Part shown: piece after piece, positions 1 through 13,382 of the stretch
Layout of the letters: each line of letters opens with the position of its first letter
Position numbering within the stretch: the stretch's first letter is position 1
From: Octopus sinensis
Lineage: Eukaryota
DNA: 64,000 bases
NCBI RefSeq assembly: GCF_006345805.1
Contig: NC_043006.1
Coordinates: 69,626,001 to 69,690,000 of the forward strand
Direction: 5' to 3'
The notes under the pieces: generated by a model
Told to the model about the DNA's origin: nothing
Seen by the model: only the letters and a program-made list of their open reading frames with translations
The model's database searches: none
Translations under genes and position numbers: made by a program

Positions 1-165
1 CCGTCCCGTATGGTCTAAATGGAGGGAGAGTTTGCTACTATTACTGATATATTTACAGTGTGAAAGTTTAATTTAATCCTGCAGAGGTAATATTTTCCAG
101 CGCAGAAAGCTTTCAACTATTGTTAGTGTGAGATTTTTTTTATATTTCCGAACAGATTCCCTCGA

Positions 166-535
166 TATCAAGTGTAGGTACCAGAACAAGTCGGCTCAGT
201 TTCAGACACCGATCAGCTGCTAGTAATAGGTACCGGATCACTCTGGTCCAATCTCAAACCCTAGTTCCTACTTAGCTGTCAAGCAGAGATACCTGATGAA
301 AGTGGTTAGCCTCAGCCTACCACTCAGTCCTACTGGCTGTCAAGTATTGATACCACATAAATGTAATCCAGTTTCAAATCAGTCGATCGATCAGTCAACC
401 TAGTTGTAAGCCATAGGCACTAGATCAATAATGTCCCAGTCTCAGACTAAAGTTCACCAATTTACCTAGCTGTCATGTATAAATGCTAGATTAATGTGGT
501 CAAGACTCAGGCCATAGTCCACCATTCAGTACATT
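166..535. repeat. Degenerate tandem repeat, ~57-67 bp unit, about 6 copies
   Basis: Recurring blocks AGCTGTCAAG / AGGTACC-GATACC / CAG(T/C)CTCA(G/A)AC at roughly 60-bp spacing; + strand frames interrupted by stops. Confidence 0.55.
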
Positions 536-2321
536 TAAATATCATAACCAGTTACTGGTATGTATACCATCGTACATAAACCGCTTGTAGTTTCAAAAGT
601 TTGCTACCCGTTAAAAACATTACACATGGTGGACATTTTTGGTCACGTGGTGTAATCTGTTTGTCTAAAAATGTACTGAGGTATGTGCGTCAGTGTATTA
701 AAAAGCACACGATGAGATGTATGCGTAACTGTATAAATAATATTCACTCACTGGGGTAGCTCTCCAGTCTTGCCTTTGCCGTGATGGCTACAACAAACTA
801 AAGGACTAACAATCTCCGGGCCTTTGTGCGTGTTTGCTTGTGTGCCTGTTTTTCAGTGTACGTGTCTGTGTATATATTTGTCTTCTTGTGTACGTGCGTG
901 TATGTGTAGATTTATTTGAGTACGCGTGTAAATTCCTGTAACAGTACTACTCACAATCACAACAGTTGGTGCTTAGATGAAAAATTTGCACTTGGTGTTT
1001 ATACAAACATGATACACTGAATGTGTGCATAAGTATATAAGCATTATATTCTAAAATATGTGAGTATAAGCTGACGTTACACACTAAAATGTGTATATGT
1101 AAAATATGTATGTATAAACTATTTGTATATATGCAAAAAAAGGGTATATAGTAGTTTCCTACTCAAAACAAATCTCGTGAGAAGTGAAGCTGAATTCCGA
1201 GTTTATTGATTTAAATACACAAGAAGTAAATACTATGTAGAAGAAAGGATACCAGCCTATCGTGTTTCCTATTTCAAACACATAAGTAACCAGAAAAGGG
1301 TTCCACAAGCTTCAACGATAGTCTCCTTCCCACCGCCTAATTATATATATATAAACATACTTGTACATGAAACGCAAATTAAAGGCTAATGGGGCATCCA
1401 TTTTATTAACTGAGACCCCCTAAATCGAAATTTTGACTACACCCATGGCTTATCTTGCTGTTATTTCCGTTATTTAGGTCAGTGTTTCTCATAGGGAAAA
1501 GGTAGGAGGTCTTCTCCCTCGTGAAGCTTAGTGTGGACTGAAAAGAAGTCTAACATATTGCAGTGTTTAATGAAATTATGTTTTGTTTTAAACATTTTAA
1601 ACCTGTCCATCGCCATGATGAAGAAAGAATTATGTATATGCAAAATCTGCTTTTCTGTTTCGTTAATACCGAACGGTTGGGGGTGCACGAGTTATCATTA
1701 ATATTTCATAGGGTCCCTATCATTTGTTAATTTGAGAACCTGCTTATTCAAGGTTACCGAACAATTTCTGAACAACAAGGAGCCATGACTCCTCCACCGA
1801 AGTTCAGAAAGAGAGTCTCAACAATGTCTCTTAATAATTTCTCAAAGAAGAATCAACCTAACAACACTTCCAAAAAGTATTACTACGCTCTATACGATTC
1901 CTTTTGCCATTGCTTGTTTGAAGGTGCCGTATGGTTTTAGGATAGCCAGAGGAACGATATATCTGGAACAAAGATATATGAGATGTAGCTAATCGCTCGG
2001 TCAACTACGAGTAATAGATTGGATTACTTGATCGGAGCTGACCAAAGGCTACATAACAACAGGTGAACATACATGGACTTAACAAAGGAGAAATTACCAT
2101 GTGTCAACACTGCCATATCGTCCCTCTTATTCTTGATTGCAATGTTGTGGACTGTTAGATGAAAGCAAGCTATATCCAAAACTATGTGTACGTGGGTCGT
2201 GCCTATCGTTGTACCAACAGACTGTGTTTCAGAGAACAGCTGAATTAGAGTTGATCTGGAGATGCACAACAATAGCTATAAAGACGTCTGCTCTCTATCC
2301 TTCAACGAAAAACGTATAGAG

Positions 2322-2515
2322 CAGTGGTCTCCAAACATTTTTTAACCTACGGGTTTCTTTGTACTTGTGTTGCATGGATCCTGTCTATTTTCTGTGTATT
2401 GTAGAAGCATAACCAATTTATTGTACATAAATTTTAACTACAAAATCTTATATGGATCCCCAAGGGTCATATAGCCCTTGGCTGGCTAAATGGACCCCAG
2501 CTGAGAACTAGGCTG
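2322..2515. mobile_element. hAT-like MITE (copy 1)
   Basis: Ends CAGTGGTCTCCAAAC ... CCAGCTGAGAACTAGGCTG resemble hAT/Charlie-type CAGTGGTTCTCAA TIRs; interior (ACCAATTTATTGTACA, AAATCTTATATGGATCCCCAAGGGTCAT) is homologous to 44710-44960. Confidence 0.55.
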
Positions 2516-3196
2516 GTGTAAATGTTACTCTCTACATACTTGATATGAACTTATAAACCTACTAACAGTTGCTAATCAAAACTGAAACCCGCAGAGGTAT
2601 TTTATTTATTCTGTTTTATAGGTTAGCCAGAGAAACCCGTTGCTGGCGAGAAAAATTTAAACCGAAAACTTGAACCAAGCACTTACAACCGAAAGGACTC
2701 CGATCATGGATCAAGCATTGGCATTTAAGAGGAATAAAGGATTAATCAGACACTACAACTCGAGTATAGATTTAGTACATCCACCAGGTTTTCACATAAA
2801 CTAACTCCATCAATTCTGGGTCGACCCGAAGCGAGAGACAAATACTGTGATGTATTTGTGCAGCAGTTTCGTAACTAAAACAAGGAATGGAAGAGCGAAC
2901 AACTTAATCAAGTAACAATGATAGCTTCCACAGTATTCATGATTGTAAATTGTATGCGTAAATACACACACACAAACATTATATATGTATGTATGTGTCT
3001 ATGAATGTATAAATGTGCGTGTGCATATAAGAAAGCAAGAAAGGGTGGGAAGTTGGAAGAAGGAAAGGGGAAGAGAGAATACATGAAATATTGCGTGATA
3101 GTAAATGATAGCCACAAGAGAAGCGGGCGAAATGATATCCGAACAAAAACCTTCAGAAGACTAGGAAGATGATAAAGGTATCTTTATTTGGAATCT

Positions 3197-3234
3197 TTGC
3201 AACTGCATGCAAATTTATGCAAATAATTGCAAAT
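3197..3234 (+). promoter_or_regulatory. Phased octamer (POU-type) motif cluster
   Basis: ATGCAAAT at 3207 and 3217, TTGCAAAT at 3227, TTGCAACT at 3197: exact 10-bp spacing. Confidence 0.3.
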
Positions 3235-3681
3235 ATCGATAGAGCTTGGCAGGCTGAAGTCTAAAAGGTTGTCTTCTGTTGTACACGGACAGCATGACAT
3301 AAATATGTGTGTATGTGTGTGTGTATGAATATAATTATATATGTATGGATATGTGTGTGTTTGTGTGTGAGTGCGCGGGCGGGCATATATTCACACAAAT
3401 ATGTACATATGCACTCACACACACATATATATACATACTACATACATACATACATACATACATACATACATAAATAAATAAATACAAACATGTATACATG
3501 TATAATAATAAGTATACATGAAAAAGATGCAGAGCAACAACAACAAACGCCCCATGCTTAGCTAGGTTATTATCTTGACCGCTACAGGATTTGACCTCTG
3601 CAAAATTTGAATCCGCAACACAAAGACACGGAAGGGATAAATCAAGGCCTTCTGTCCGACTCCCTGATATGTCTACCAGTT

Positions 3682-3956
3682 GTGAACGCGCGTGGCTTAA
3701 AGGTCAGAGTATTCTTTCGGATCACGATCGGTAGGTCGTGAGTTCAATTTCACGTCACTCCAGTCCACTCAACTAGCTAAAATGAGTAGTGTTTCTAGTT
3801 CAAAGGGCCAGTCTTATTACATTCTGTCACGCTGAATCTACCTGAGAATTACGTTAAGGGTCCGCGAGCCTGAGGAATACTCAACCACTATAACGTTAAT
3901 TTCACGTTGATCGAATCTACTGGAACCCTCGTCGTCACAACCGACGGAGTACCTGT
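3682..3956 (+). mobile_element. tRNA-derived SINE, family E (degenerate)
   Basis: tRNA-like head with GAGTTCAATTTC B-box remnant; body CCAGTCCACTCAACT...AATGAGT; 3' end GTCGTCACAACCGACGGAGTACC matches the reverse complement of 40871-41191. Confidence 0.65.
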
Positions 3957-4218
3957 ATGTCTGCCAGTTGGCAGCGTTTATATCTCGATATATCTGTCCA
4001 AATGACTCAAGTGCTCTCACTGGGCGAAACTAGGGAAACAAATATTAGATCCCTTGAAAGTAGTCTTCACGTTCCCATGACAACTTGGCAAAGGCAACTA
4101 CAATCTACTTAAAATATAACCATTCTCCACAGACTCAATCTTCGAGTTGTTTCATTCTTATTTATTGTTGCCAAAACCAGTTCTTGTAGATATGTTGCTG
4201 CTTTATTTTCTTCGCGTG

Positions 4219-4256
<38 letters not shown>

Positions 4257-5323
4257 GAGAAGCTAAAGAAGTGAGGGAAAGAAGAAGGAGACTAGAGCGA
4301 GAGTCATCGGGAGACAGTGAAACAGAGATATTGGCAGATGCATACCAGAAAATTCGTATACATATATACCTACAGAGGAAGAGAGAGAGACAGACTATGA
4401 GAGACGTAGAGAGAAGTGGAATTATCAACAGAGAGAGAAACACACACAAACGGAAAACAGATGGAAGGGGAGAGAGAGAGACTGTGAGAGACAAATAGAA
4501 ATGTAGTTAGCAATAGAGAGAGAAATAGACACGAACGGAAAACACGTACAGAAGGTTACCGTTACAAGAGACAGAAAGACAGAACTGAAGAGGGACTCAG
4601 ACATATCTACAGAGAGAGAGAGAGAGAACGAAACAATCTGTAAGAAACCGAAAGAGTCAGAGCAAGACAGAGGGAGAAAAAGGAAAGAGAGAAAGCAGAG
4701 AAAGTGAGTGAAAAGAGAAAGAGAGAGTTCAATCTATTGATTTTGCCGTTTCTCCACAATTAAACAGTTCTAAGAAACTGTCAATTGTTCGTTCCACAGA
4801 GATTATCAAAATTGTCAGCCACATTTAGGAAAACGCTTCCTCAGTTTCAAAATCCAATTTTCTAAGTCAATCTCCCGTGTTATTATATATGTCATACATA
4901 TGCTATACGTACTTATCTACAGCAAGGAAATGTACGTGCGAGCGTATACTATGTATATGCATGCGAGTGTGAGAGCCTGAGCGTGAATGTCTATATGTGT
5001 GTGTGTGTGTGTGCGTTCTAAGATTAAAAAACATCGAATTCAATACAAACAGGTTTTAAATGACTATAGTTGTATTTTTTCTTTAATATGTCTATGTGTG
5101 CGTATGTGTGTGTGTGTCTGCGATTACGTATTTTAAAGCAAGTGCCACGAAGCATTTACTGACAGTAGAATATTAATGCTGAGCAAAACGTCAACTTTTA
5201 CGATAAAATATTTGTTTATTGGGAAAAGGTTTTATTTGCAGGGTTACTCAACCACATCAGGCAGAGCTTTTAAGTCTCGTTCAACACGGATTAAATAATA
5301 TATGGATAATCTTTGAACCTCCT

Positions 5324-5364
<41 letters not shown>

Positions 5365-5474
5365 CTATCTCTCGACATATGTGTGTGTATGTATATATAT
5401 ATATGTGTGTGTGTGTGTGCGTGTGCGTGTGTGTATATATAAGTTTATATATATATATATGACTATCCCCAAAT

Positions 5475-5516
<42 letters not shown>

Positions 5517-5871
5517 AATTTAAAAAAACGAAGAACAAACCAATATCGCGAGGACCTGGTACATGTAAAGTATTAGCAGACCCTCGGGGAAGGAAAGAAA
5601 GATGGTTTAACGTTTCGAGCAAAGCTTTTCTTCAGAAACAGGAAATTCCAATAGAAAAGGAAGACAGAGGGAAAAATGGCCAACGATTCACATGTGGTTA
5701 CATTCTGATTGATAGACAGACAGACAGACAAACAGACAGACAGTCGAATATATTTTATAACTTGTAATTTATAATTCGTGATTGTTCATCGATCTTTATC
5801 TTCAACCGCTGAAAGGTTCGTAACGGATATCAAATATACGAAGTTCATGACACATATCATTCTCGCTTACT

Positions 5872-5876
5872 ATATA

Positions 5877-5969
<93 letters not shown>

Positions 5970-6067
5970 GTGTGTGTGTGTGTTGTGTGTGTGTGTGTGT
6001 GTGTTGTGTGTGGTGTGTGTGTGTGTGTGTGTTGTGTGTGTGTGGTGTGTGTGTGTGTGTGTGTGTG

Positions 6068-6114
<47 letters not shown>
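5872..6114. repeat. Compound (TA)n(TG)n microsatellite
   Basis: Direct inspection; explains six overlapping low-complexity ORFs. Confidence 0.95.
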
Positions 6115-6115
<1 letters not shown>

Positions 6116-6452
6116 AATAATGTAGCCACTCATAATACAGTCTTGCAGATTCAAAAGTGAAATTCGTTTGTTGATTTTGAGAAACAAGAACTCCTGCTCG
6201 TTGTAGAGTCATCAGTTCGGTGGGGTAGCTTTGACTGAGGAGACAGAAGAATTCGAAACACCTGAGCATCTCTAAGATCCCTCACACTGGTAAAACGTGT
6301 GGATGTGATATGAATGAATATAGTCTAAATGTAGGTGTTCTCTGATGATGAAAAACAAGGGTGATCAGATATCCATGTTCAAATCTGCCAGAAAGTATTA
6401 AAAATGAATAGTTACGTTATTGTTTCGTTTCTTCCTGTTTTGCCTGTGATTC

Positions 6453-6500
<48 letters not shown>

Positions 6501-6689
6501 CATCAACATTATTGTTATTATTATATGCGTATATGTGTATGTGTTGCTTGCGTCATAGGAATTTTGAAACTTGGAGAAAACTTTAAATAATTTGCTACCA
6601 AAGTTGTGATGTTACCCGAAGCAGATAAAACCACAAATAACAGTGCGTAAATAAAATCTTTGGATAGAAAATATAGATATGTATGTATG

Positions 6690-6726
<37 letters not shown>

Positions 6727-8238
6727 ACATATATATAATATATATATATATCCACACACAAGCATACACGCATACAATATCAATATATACATATATAAAT
6801 ACATAAATATACATAAATATATATGCATATGTGTTTACGTATATATATTTCTATTATTATGTGTGTGTATGTATATATATATATATATATATAATATATA
6901 TATATATAAACAATGATTCATGTGACATGAGAAGTCATGTGATGTCAAAGAGATAATGATAGTGAAAGTAGATTTATTGTGTGATTATTGTAGGCTGTGG
7001 CTGTGAAGTAATGAAAAAATAGAGATGAAGTTGTTATTGGTATGTACTGGAATAGGAAATCAATAGAGGTGGTGGTGGTGACGGCGGCGATGGAAATGGC
7101 GGCGATGGAAATGGCGGTGCTGGATGTGGTGCGTCAGTAGAGATTGTTGTGGTGGCAGGTTGGTCACAGCGTCAATACTAATGATGTTGATAGTGACGTT
7201 GGAGCTATTATTGTTGCTGCTGATAGCAACAACGTTGATGACGGCAGTCATGAAAACTGATGGCGGTAATGGCAGGGCTGGTGTTTATGGTGATGGCGAT
7301 GTTGATGGTGGTGCGCGTCATCGATGATTACAATGGTGTTGTTGTTGCTGGTGGTGGTGGCGGTGTTTTGAATGTGATGGTGTTGCTTGTAGTCGGATGC
7401 TGAAATAGAATTCTCCTGTTTCTGCGGTTGACACAGGAAGAAATATTTGTCGCTATAATAATGCAGATAATTGGTCCGATATGGCCATGATTCGGAATAA
7501 GGATTGAGAAAAATGGATACTCTCCTCTTCCTCCCCCCCTCACTTTCTCTCCCCTTATCCTCCTTTACTTCTGATATACTCTCCCATCCTCTCTCTCCCC
7601 CTCCTTCGCTGCTTGTTTCTTGAATATTCGACCGTAAACCATTATTACATTCTCTGTTCCTTCGGCTTCTATTAGCTTGTGTGATAATCGTAAAATGTCT
7701 AACGCATGTGATACAGTAAAGCTACCTAAGGAGGACAATAAAGTTGCTATATCAAGCAAGACAGTATTTTATAGAGACATTTCTCGGCTTTATCCTGTGT
7801 TTCTTATATTAAACATGCTGCTACATGACTATATAAAACCTTTGTACTCTTGAGAATTTCTCTCACTATATAACCTCTGCGTCACTACATAGACATAGCC
7901 ATATGTGTGTGTGCGTGACTGTGTGTGTGTATGTATGTATATGTGTGTATGTATATATGAGCGTGTATGTATGTATGTATGTGTGTGTATGTGTGTGTAT
8001 GTGTATGTATGTGTATGTGTATGTATGTGTGTGTGTGTATGTATGTGTGTGTGTATGTATGTATGTGTGTGTGTATGTATGTGTGTGTGTGTGTGTGTGT
8101 ATGTATGCTTAACCATATGTAAACGGGTTTAATTTCATACCTTGGTTTCAGTTAAGATTCTTTGCCAATTATCTGTAGGTTCAATAGATGTGCAACACAC
8201 ACACAAACACACACACACACATACACAAATATATACAT

Positions 8239-8323
8239 AATTAGTGTACATTTATACACAAAAGAGGTGACCCAAACAGGACACCTTACATGCACCTCTT
8301 TTGTGTATAAATGTATTCTAATT
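8239..8323. other. 85-nt inverted repeat (31-bp arms, 2 mismatches, 23-nt loop)
   Basis: AATTAGTGTACATTTATACACAAAAGAGGTG (8239-8269) pairs with CACCTCTTTTGTGTATAAATGTATTCTAATT (8293-8323). Confidence 0.85.
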
Positions 8324-9557
8324 TTATATGAATAATATGTTGTCTATTGATTATCGTATGCATGCTAGCCACAGGTAGAACATTTCTCCAATTTTCCTAC
8401 CCTATATATATTTTATATATATATGTGGGGGGGAGGCTATCTTGTACAAAACTCCACGTGAGCATTTTCGTTTAGATTAGAGATTTTTGGGGTTTTCGTT
8501 TGTTTTTCTGTTTTTTAATTGATACCTTTTCTGAAGAAGGATGATATTCGAAACGTCATGGTAAATCTTTCTGTTTTGTCTGAGAGCCAAACTAACAATT
8601 TTCATCGTGAACTAATCTTGTTGCTTTCCTGTTTTCCAGCTTCTCTGTTGTTCGCCACACACACACACACACACACACACAACACACCACACACCACACA
8701 CATGTATGTGCGCATTATGTTTGTATGTATGTTATATTGCTTGGGTTTCTAAAGGAAAATATGAAACATCTGAAATATGCGAGTGCATATAACTTTGTAA
8801 ATCAGATTGACTTATGTAAAGATTTCACTCAATACACCATGTTTTATATAAATCATAATGGCTATATATATATATATATAATATATATAATTTATTATTT
8901 ATATTATATATATATATTTATTATGTTATATGAATTAGATAGTTTTTGAAGAGATTTCATCGATATATTTAAAGGAATAAACTTATGTCACTAATCTTTT
9001 TCACGTTACTTTAAATTCTATAAAATGCAAAACATTTAGCTCCATTAGTAAATACTACAGCATTCTTTCGCAATTTTAAAACATCTAGAGGAGTATTAGT
9101 AAACAAAAGTGTGGTGCACACATCAGTTACGTTTTCTTTATTTCTGCTTTACAATGATGATACCTTAGAAAGAGAGGCTTCGAGAAGAAAATTTATTACA
9201 TAAAATATTAGCGATATCTATAACTGCAAAAATAGGAAAAATATTTTTATGGTGTAATCCATATAATATTCTAAACATTCGATCTTATGTTGTTAGAGGT
9301 TTTCTGAATACAATTTACAGACACTTCCCCTTTGATTATAAGTATTATAAACTTTTTTCCAGTAAACACACCGTGTAAAGAAGTTTTATGTTTTAATACT
9401 AGAGTCATAGCATACATATGAAAAAGAAATTGGAGACATCTTGCTTAGCCAAAGCAAATATTTGTCTCTTACGTAATTGCGATGTTTTATTCCTACCCTT
9501 CTAGGATTGGTTTTCGTCTTTCAAACAATTTCGTTGCGCAATATTCTCTCATGTTAA

Positions 9558-9768
9558 GGCGGCGAGCTGGCAGAATTGTTACCGTGTTGGGCAAAAAGGT
9601 TTAGTGGAATTTCTTCCGACCTTATGATTTGAGTTCAAATGTCACCAGGGTAGACTTTGCCTTCCATTCTTTCGGCGTCGATAAAATAAGTATCAGTTGA
9701 GTATTGGGGGTCGATGTAATCGACTAGATACCCACCTGCAATTGCTGGCCCTGAGCCAAAATTTGAAA
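9558..9768 (+). mobile_element. tRNA-derived SINE, family A
   Basis: GGCGGCGAGCTGGCAGAA head, GAGTTCAAAT B-box, GATAAAATAAGT...GGGGTCGATGTAATCGAC body, CCAAAATTTGAAA end. Confidence 0.85.
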
Positions 9769-9856
9769 TCAATATATACTCCTGTAGACATGGTCTTTCC
9801 ATAAAATGTCTAGCGTTACTGAGAAACCTTTTAAAAAGCATCTACCAGGAATATAT

Positions 9857-9894
<38 letters not shown>

Positions 9895-10234
9895 ACTTGA
9901 ATGATCGCGAAAAAATATACTACGAAGTTTTATTCCGATTTGTCTGGAGTTTAAGCACAAAAACACATTAACGATTCGTTTGATTGGTGTCCATCCGCGA
10001 ACGTGCATTTCTTTATCTACAAGGAATGAAATCTTTGCTTAACCAAAATAGATTGTCGCCAGCATTTCTGGTGATAACATGTTTATTTCTAAACAAGTTT
10101 TCTAAATCAGATTTTGCTGAAGAGAAACAAATATGTTGGCGTTTATTTATTTAATAAAGAATGTTAGAGGAGCATTGGTCAAAGAAGGGTTATCGGCTGT
10201 CTCCTGAGACACTGTCTTTCTCTCAGATACATGT

Positions 10235-10343
<109 letters not shown>

Positions 10344-10667
10344 AGGTAGATAGATAGATAGAAAGTTGTTCTTAGCTATACACTGTGCACATTAAACAAT
10401 ATTTATTTCTCACCAGATGGAGTACTTTTTGTTGATCTTACCTTAACAAAAATGTAATGTGAAGTCTAGTTGTATTGTACTTAAGATTTTGACAGAATTG
10501 TCACAAACAGAACAGCTTTGATCAAAATCTGCTAGAGTATAACTGACGTAAAGGAAAAGAACTGGAACATACTTCCATATATACACAAGCCCATATAAAC
10601 AGTTACGCTACAGTACGAGATTAAACGAATGTGTGTGTGTTAGTGTGTGTGTGTTAGTGTGTGTGTG

Positions 10668-10708
<41 letters not shown>

Positions 10709-11629
10709 GTTTAAACAGTGTTATGTGTAACACTGTTTACATCATCCAATGAGGATAGGGCCGGTTACTTAACCTCTTTCTTTCCTTTAACTGGATCATA
10801 ATATAGGTCACACTACACAGCACAGGTTAAAAACCAGGTCTTATTTGTTTTTCTTTTGATCTATTGAGGTTTTGAAATGAGACAAATGCGTGGGTATCAA
10901 TGCGCTGTCAACACCTTTGCTTGTTTTGGGTGTGTGTGTGTGTGTGTGTGTGAGAGTTGGGTAGACTGTTGTAGCAGAGAGGTGATTAGTGAAAGAAGAA
11001 AATAATATATAAGGGTGGTAGCTACCAGGGGTATTGTGGAGTTGTTTTTTTTTCTCCTCTATTTTTCACACACACACACACACACACATATTAAGGGTTG
11101 GTAACGATAGGTAGTGATATTGAAATCGTTGTTATTGTTGTGCATTGTAATGACGGCGTCGATACTGGTGGCGGTGGTTATGGTGAATATAGACACAGCT
11201 GGTGGTAGGGATGAGAACTGAAGGTACCTTGGTAGACAGGTGTAGTTATAGACGGGTGGAAGATGCTGGAGTGGGTACGTTATAGTAAGTTAACATCACT
11301 GCAGAGTTGGAAGTGAATTTTAATTACATAGAATGACTGCTGCAAGAATAAATAGAGATAAAAGAATGAAGAATGACAGAAAGAAAGAAAAGGAAAATGA
11401 GAAAAAGAAGGAGAGAAAGAGAGAAGGAAGAAAAGAGGTGGAAAAAAGAGAGGAGGAAAAGAAAGAAAGGAGGAAAGAATTGAACGACAAAGAGGAAAGA
11501 AGAGAGGTGGAAAGAAAGAAAGAAAGAAAGAAAAAAAAAAAGAAAGAAAAAAAGAAAGAAAGAAATTGCCTATTGTGTGTGTGTCGATGTGTGAGAGTAC
11601 CATTGTATTATGTACATCTTCAGTTCAAG

Positions 11630-11896
11630 TTTGGCTATGTCGTAAAAAAATTTGATTCATAACCTGATAGTTCCAGGTTCATTTCTAGTTTGTGGTACCT
11701 TTGGCAAGTGTATTGTACTATAGCCATGGGTTTGTGAGTGGATTTGTCAGACGCTTGATGAAATTACACCGACTAGAATGCAAGCAGAGCAATATGCAGT
11801 CGCTGCAGTCGAAATATATATAGGTCAGTGTTATACATGCTGCAGAAAACTTTTGAATAAAAAAGATTTGGATGAGAATGAATCTCTCTCCTCTTC

Positions 11897-11928
<32 letters not shown>

Positions 11929-12130
11929 GGATAGGTGTGTGTGCCTTTCACCACCCATTGCCAACCGGTATTGGTTCGTTTACGTCCCCATAACTTAGCG
12001 GTAAAGGAAGCAGATAGAATAAGTACCAAACTTTAAAATCACTAAAGTACTCGGGTTGATTTGTTCGACTAAACCCTTCAGGTCTGTGCACCAGAATGGC
12101 CGCACCCTCTGATTGAAAGAAGTAAAAGAT
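11630..12130 (+). mobile_element. SINE family B, old degenerate copy
   Basis: GGTACCTTTGGCAAGTG, TGTGAGTGGATTTG, GTTTACGTCCC, GATAGAATAAGTAC and AGTAAAAGA tail blocks in family-B order. Confidence 0.6.
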
Positions 12131-12159
12131 TTTTAAAAATGTGCATGTGTGTGTGCCTG

Positions 12160-12417
12160 AATATATATATATATATATATATATGCATACATATATATAT
12201 ATGCATACATATATATATATATACATACATACATATATATATATATATATGCATACATATATATATATACATACATACATATATATATATACATACATAT
12301 ATATATATACATACATACATATATATATATATACATACATACATATATATATACATACATACATATATATATATACATACATATATATATATACATACAT
12401 ATATATATACATACTAA

Positions 12418-12448
<31 letters not shown>

Positions 12449-13325
12449 CATATACATACATACATACATATACATTACATACATATTATATTATACATAC
12501 ATATATATTATATACATATATATTATATACATATATATTATATACATATATATTATATACATATATATATTATATACATATATATATTATATACATATAT
12601 ATATTATATACATATATATATTATATACATATATATATTATATACATATATATATTATATACATATATATATTATATACATATATATATTATATACATAT
12701 ATATAAAGGGTAAGGGGTAAAGACCCCCTTCGGTCATGAATGACCATGGGATTGCACCTAGAAAGTTACCCTCCTAGACACAAGTCCGGGCAAGGTTGTT
12801 TATGGAAGACCAGCAGTCGCCCATGTATACCAGCCTCCCCTCTCCACACCACCAGTGTTATCCAAAGGAAAGACAAAGGCCGATACAGCTTGGCACCAGT
12901 GACGTCGCAACTCATTTCTACAGCTGAGTGAACTGGAGCAACGTGAAATAAAGTGCCTTGCTCAGGAACACAACACGCAGCCCGGTCCGGGATTCGAGCT
13001 CACAACCTCACGATCGTAAGCTCGACGCTCTAACCACTGAGTCATGCGCCTTCACATATATATATATATATACATATATATATTATACATATATATATAT
13101 TATATACATATATATATATTATATACAATATATATTATATATATACATATATATATTATATACATATATATATATTATATACCATATATATATATTATAT
13201 ACTATATATTATATACATATATATTATATACATTATATATATATATATATACACCACATATATATTATATACATATATATATATATATATATACACATAT
13301 ATATACATATATATATATATATACA
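12160..13325. repeat. AT-rich micro/minisatellite array (TACA/TA and TATTATATACATATA units) interrupted by a SINE
   Basis: The same unit type lies on both sides of the SINE at 12706-13055. Confidence 0.9.
12706..13055 (-). mobile_element. tRNA-derived SINE, family D (full length, young-looking)
   Basis: Minus strand: GGCGCATGACTCAGTGGTTAGAGCG (A-box), GAGCTCGAATCCC (B-box), central TGTGTTCCTGAGCAAGGCACTTTATTTCACGTTGCTCCAGTTCACTCAGCTG (resembles Meta/V-type SINE central domains), (ACCCCTT) repeat tail. Confidence 0.85.
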
Positions 13326-13337
13326 GCGAGGGAGAGA

Positions 13338-13382
<45 letters not shown>

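Noticed and set aside
156-275. Possible terminal coding exon IPSISSVGTR...
   Set aside because: 39 codons with no recognisable similarity, lying within a degenerate tandem repeat.
2024-2272. Minus-strand ORF containing DDMAVL, reminiscent of an RT YADD motif
   Set aside because: Preceding residues (KNKR) and other RT motifs do not fit; likely chance.
5219-5767. Long ORF (182 aa) with some complex-looking segments
   Set aside because: Runs through four microsatellites; no domain motif or plausible splice frame.
5778-6269. Overlapping ORFs of 67-128 aa (CV/HT/YI repeats)
   Set aside because: Translations of (TA)n/(TG)n tracts; the same applies to the similar ORFs at 7.8-8.1, 12-13.4, 20.2-20.8, 46-47.3 and 63.5-63.9 kb.
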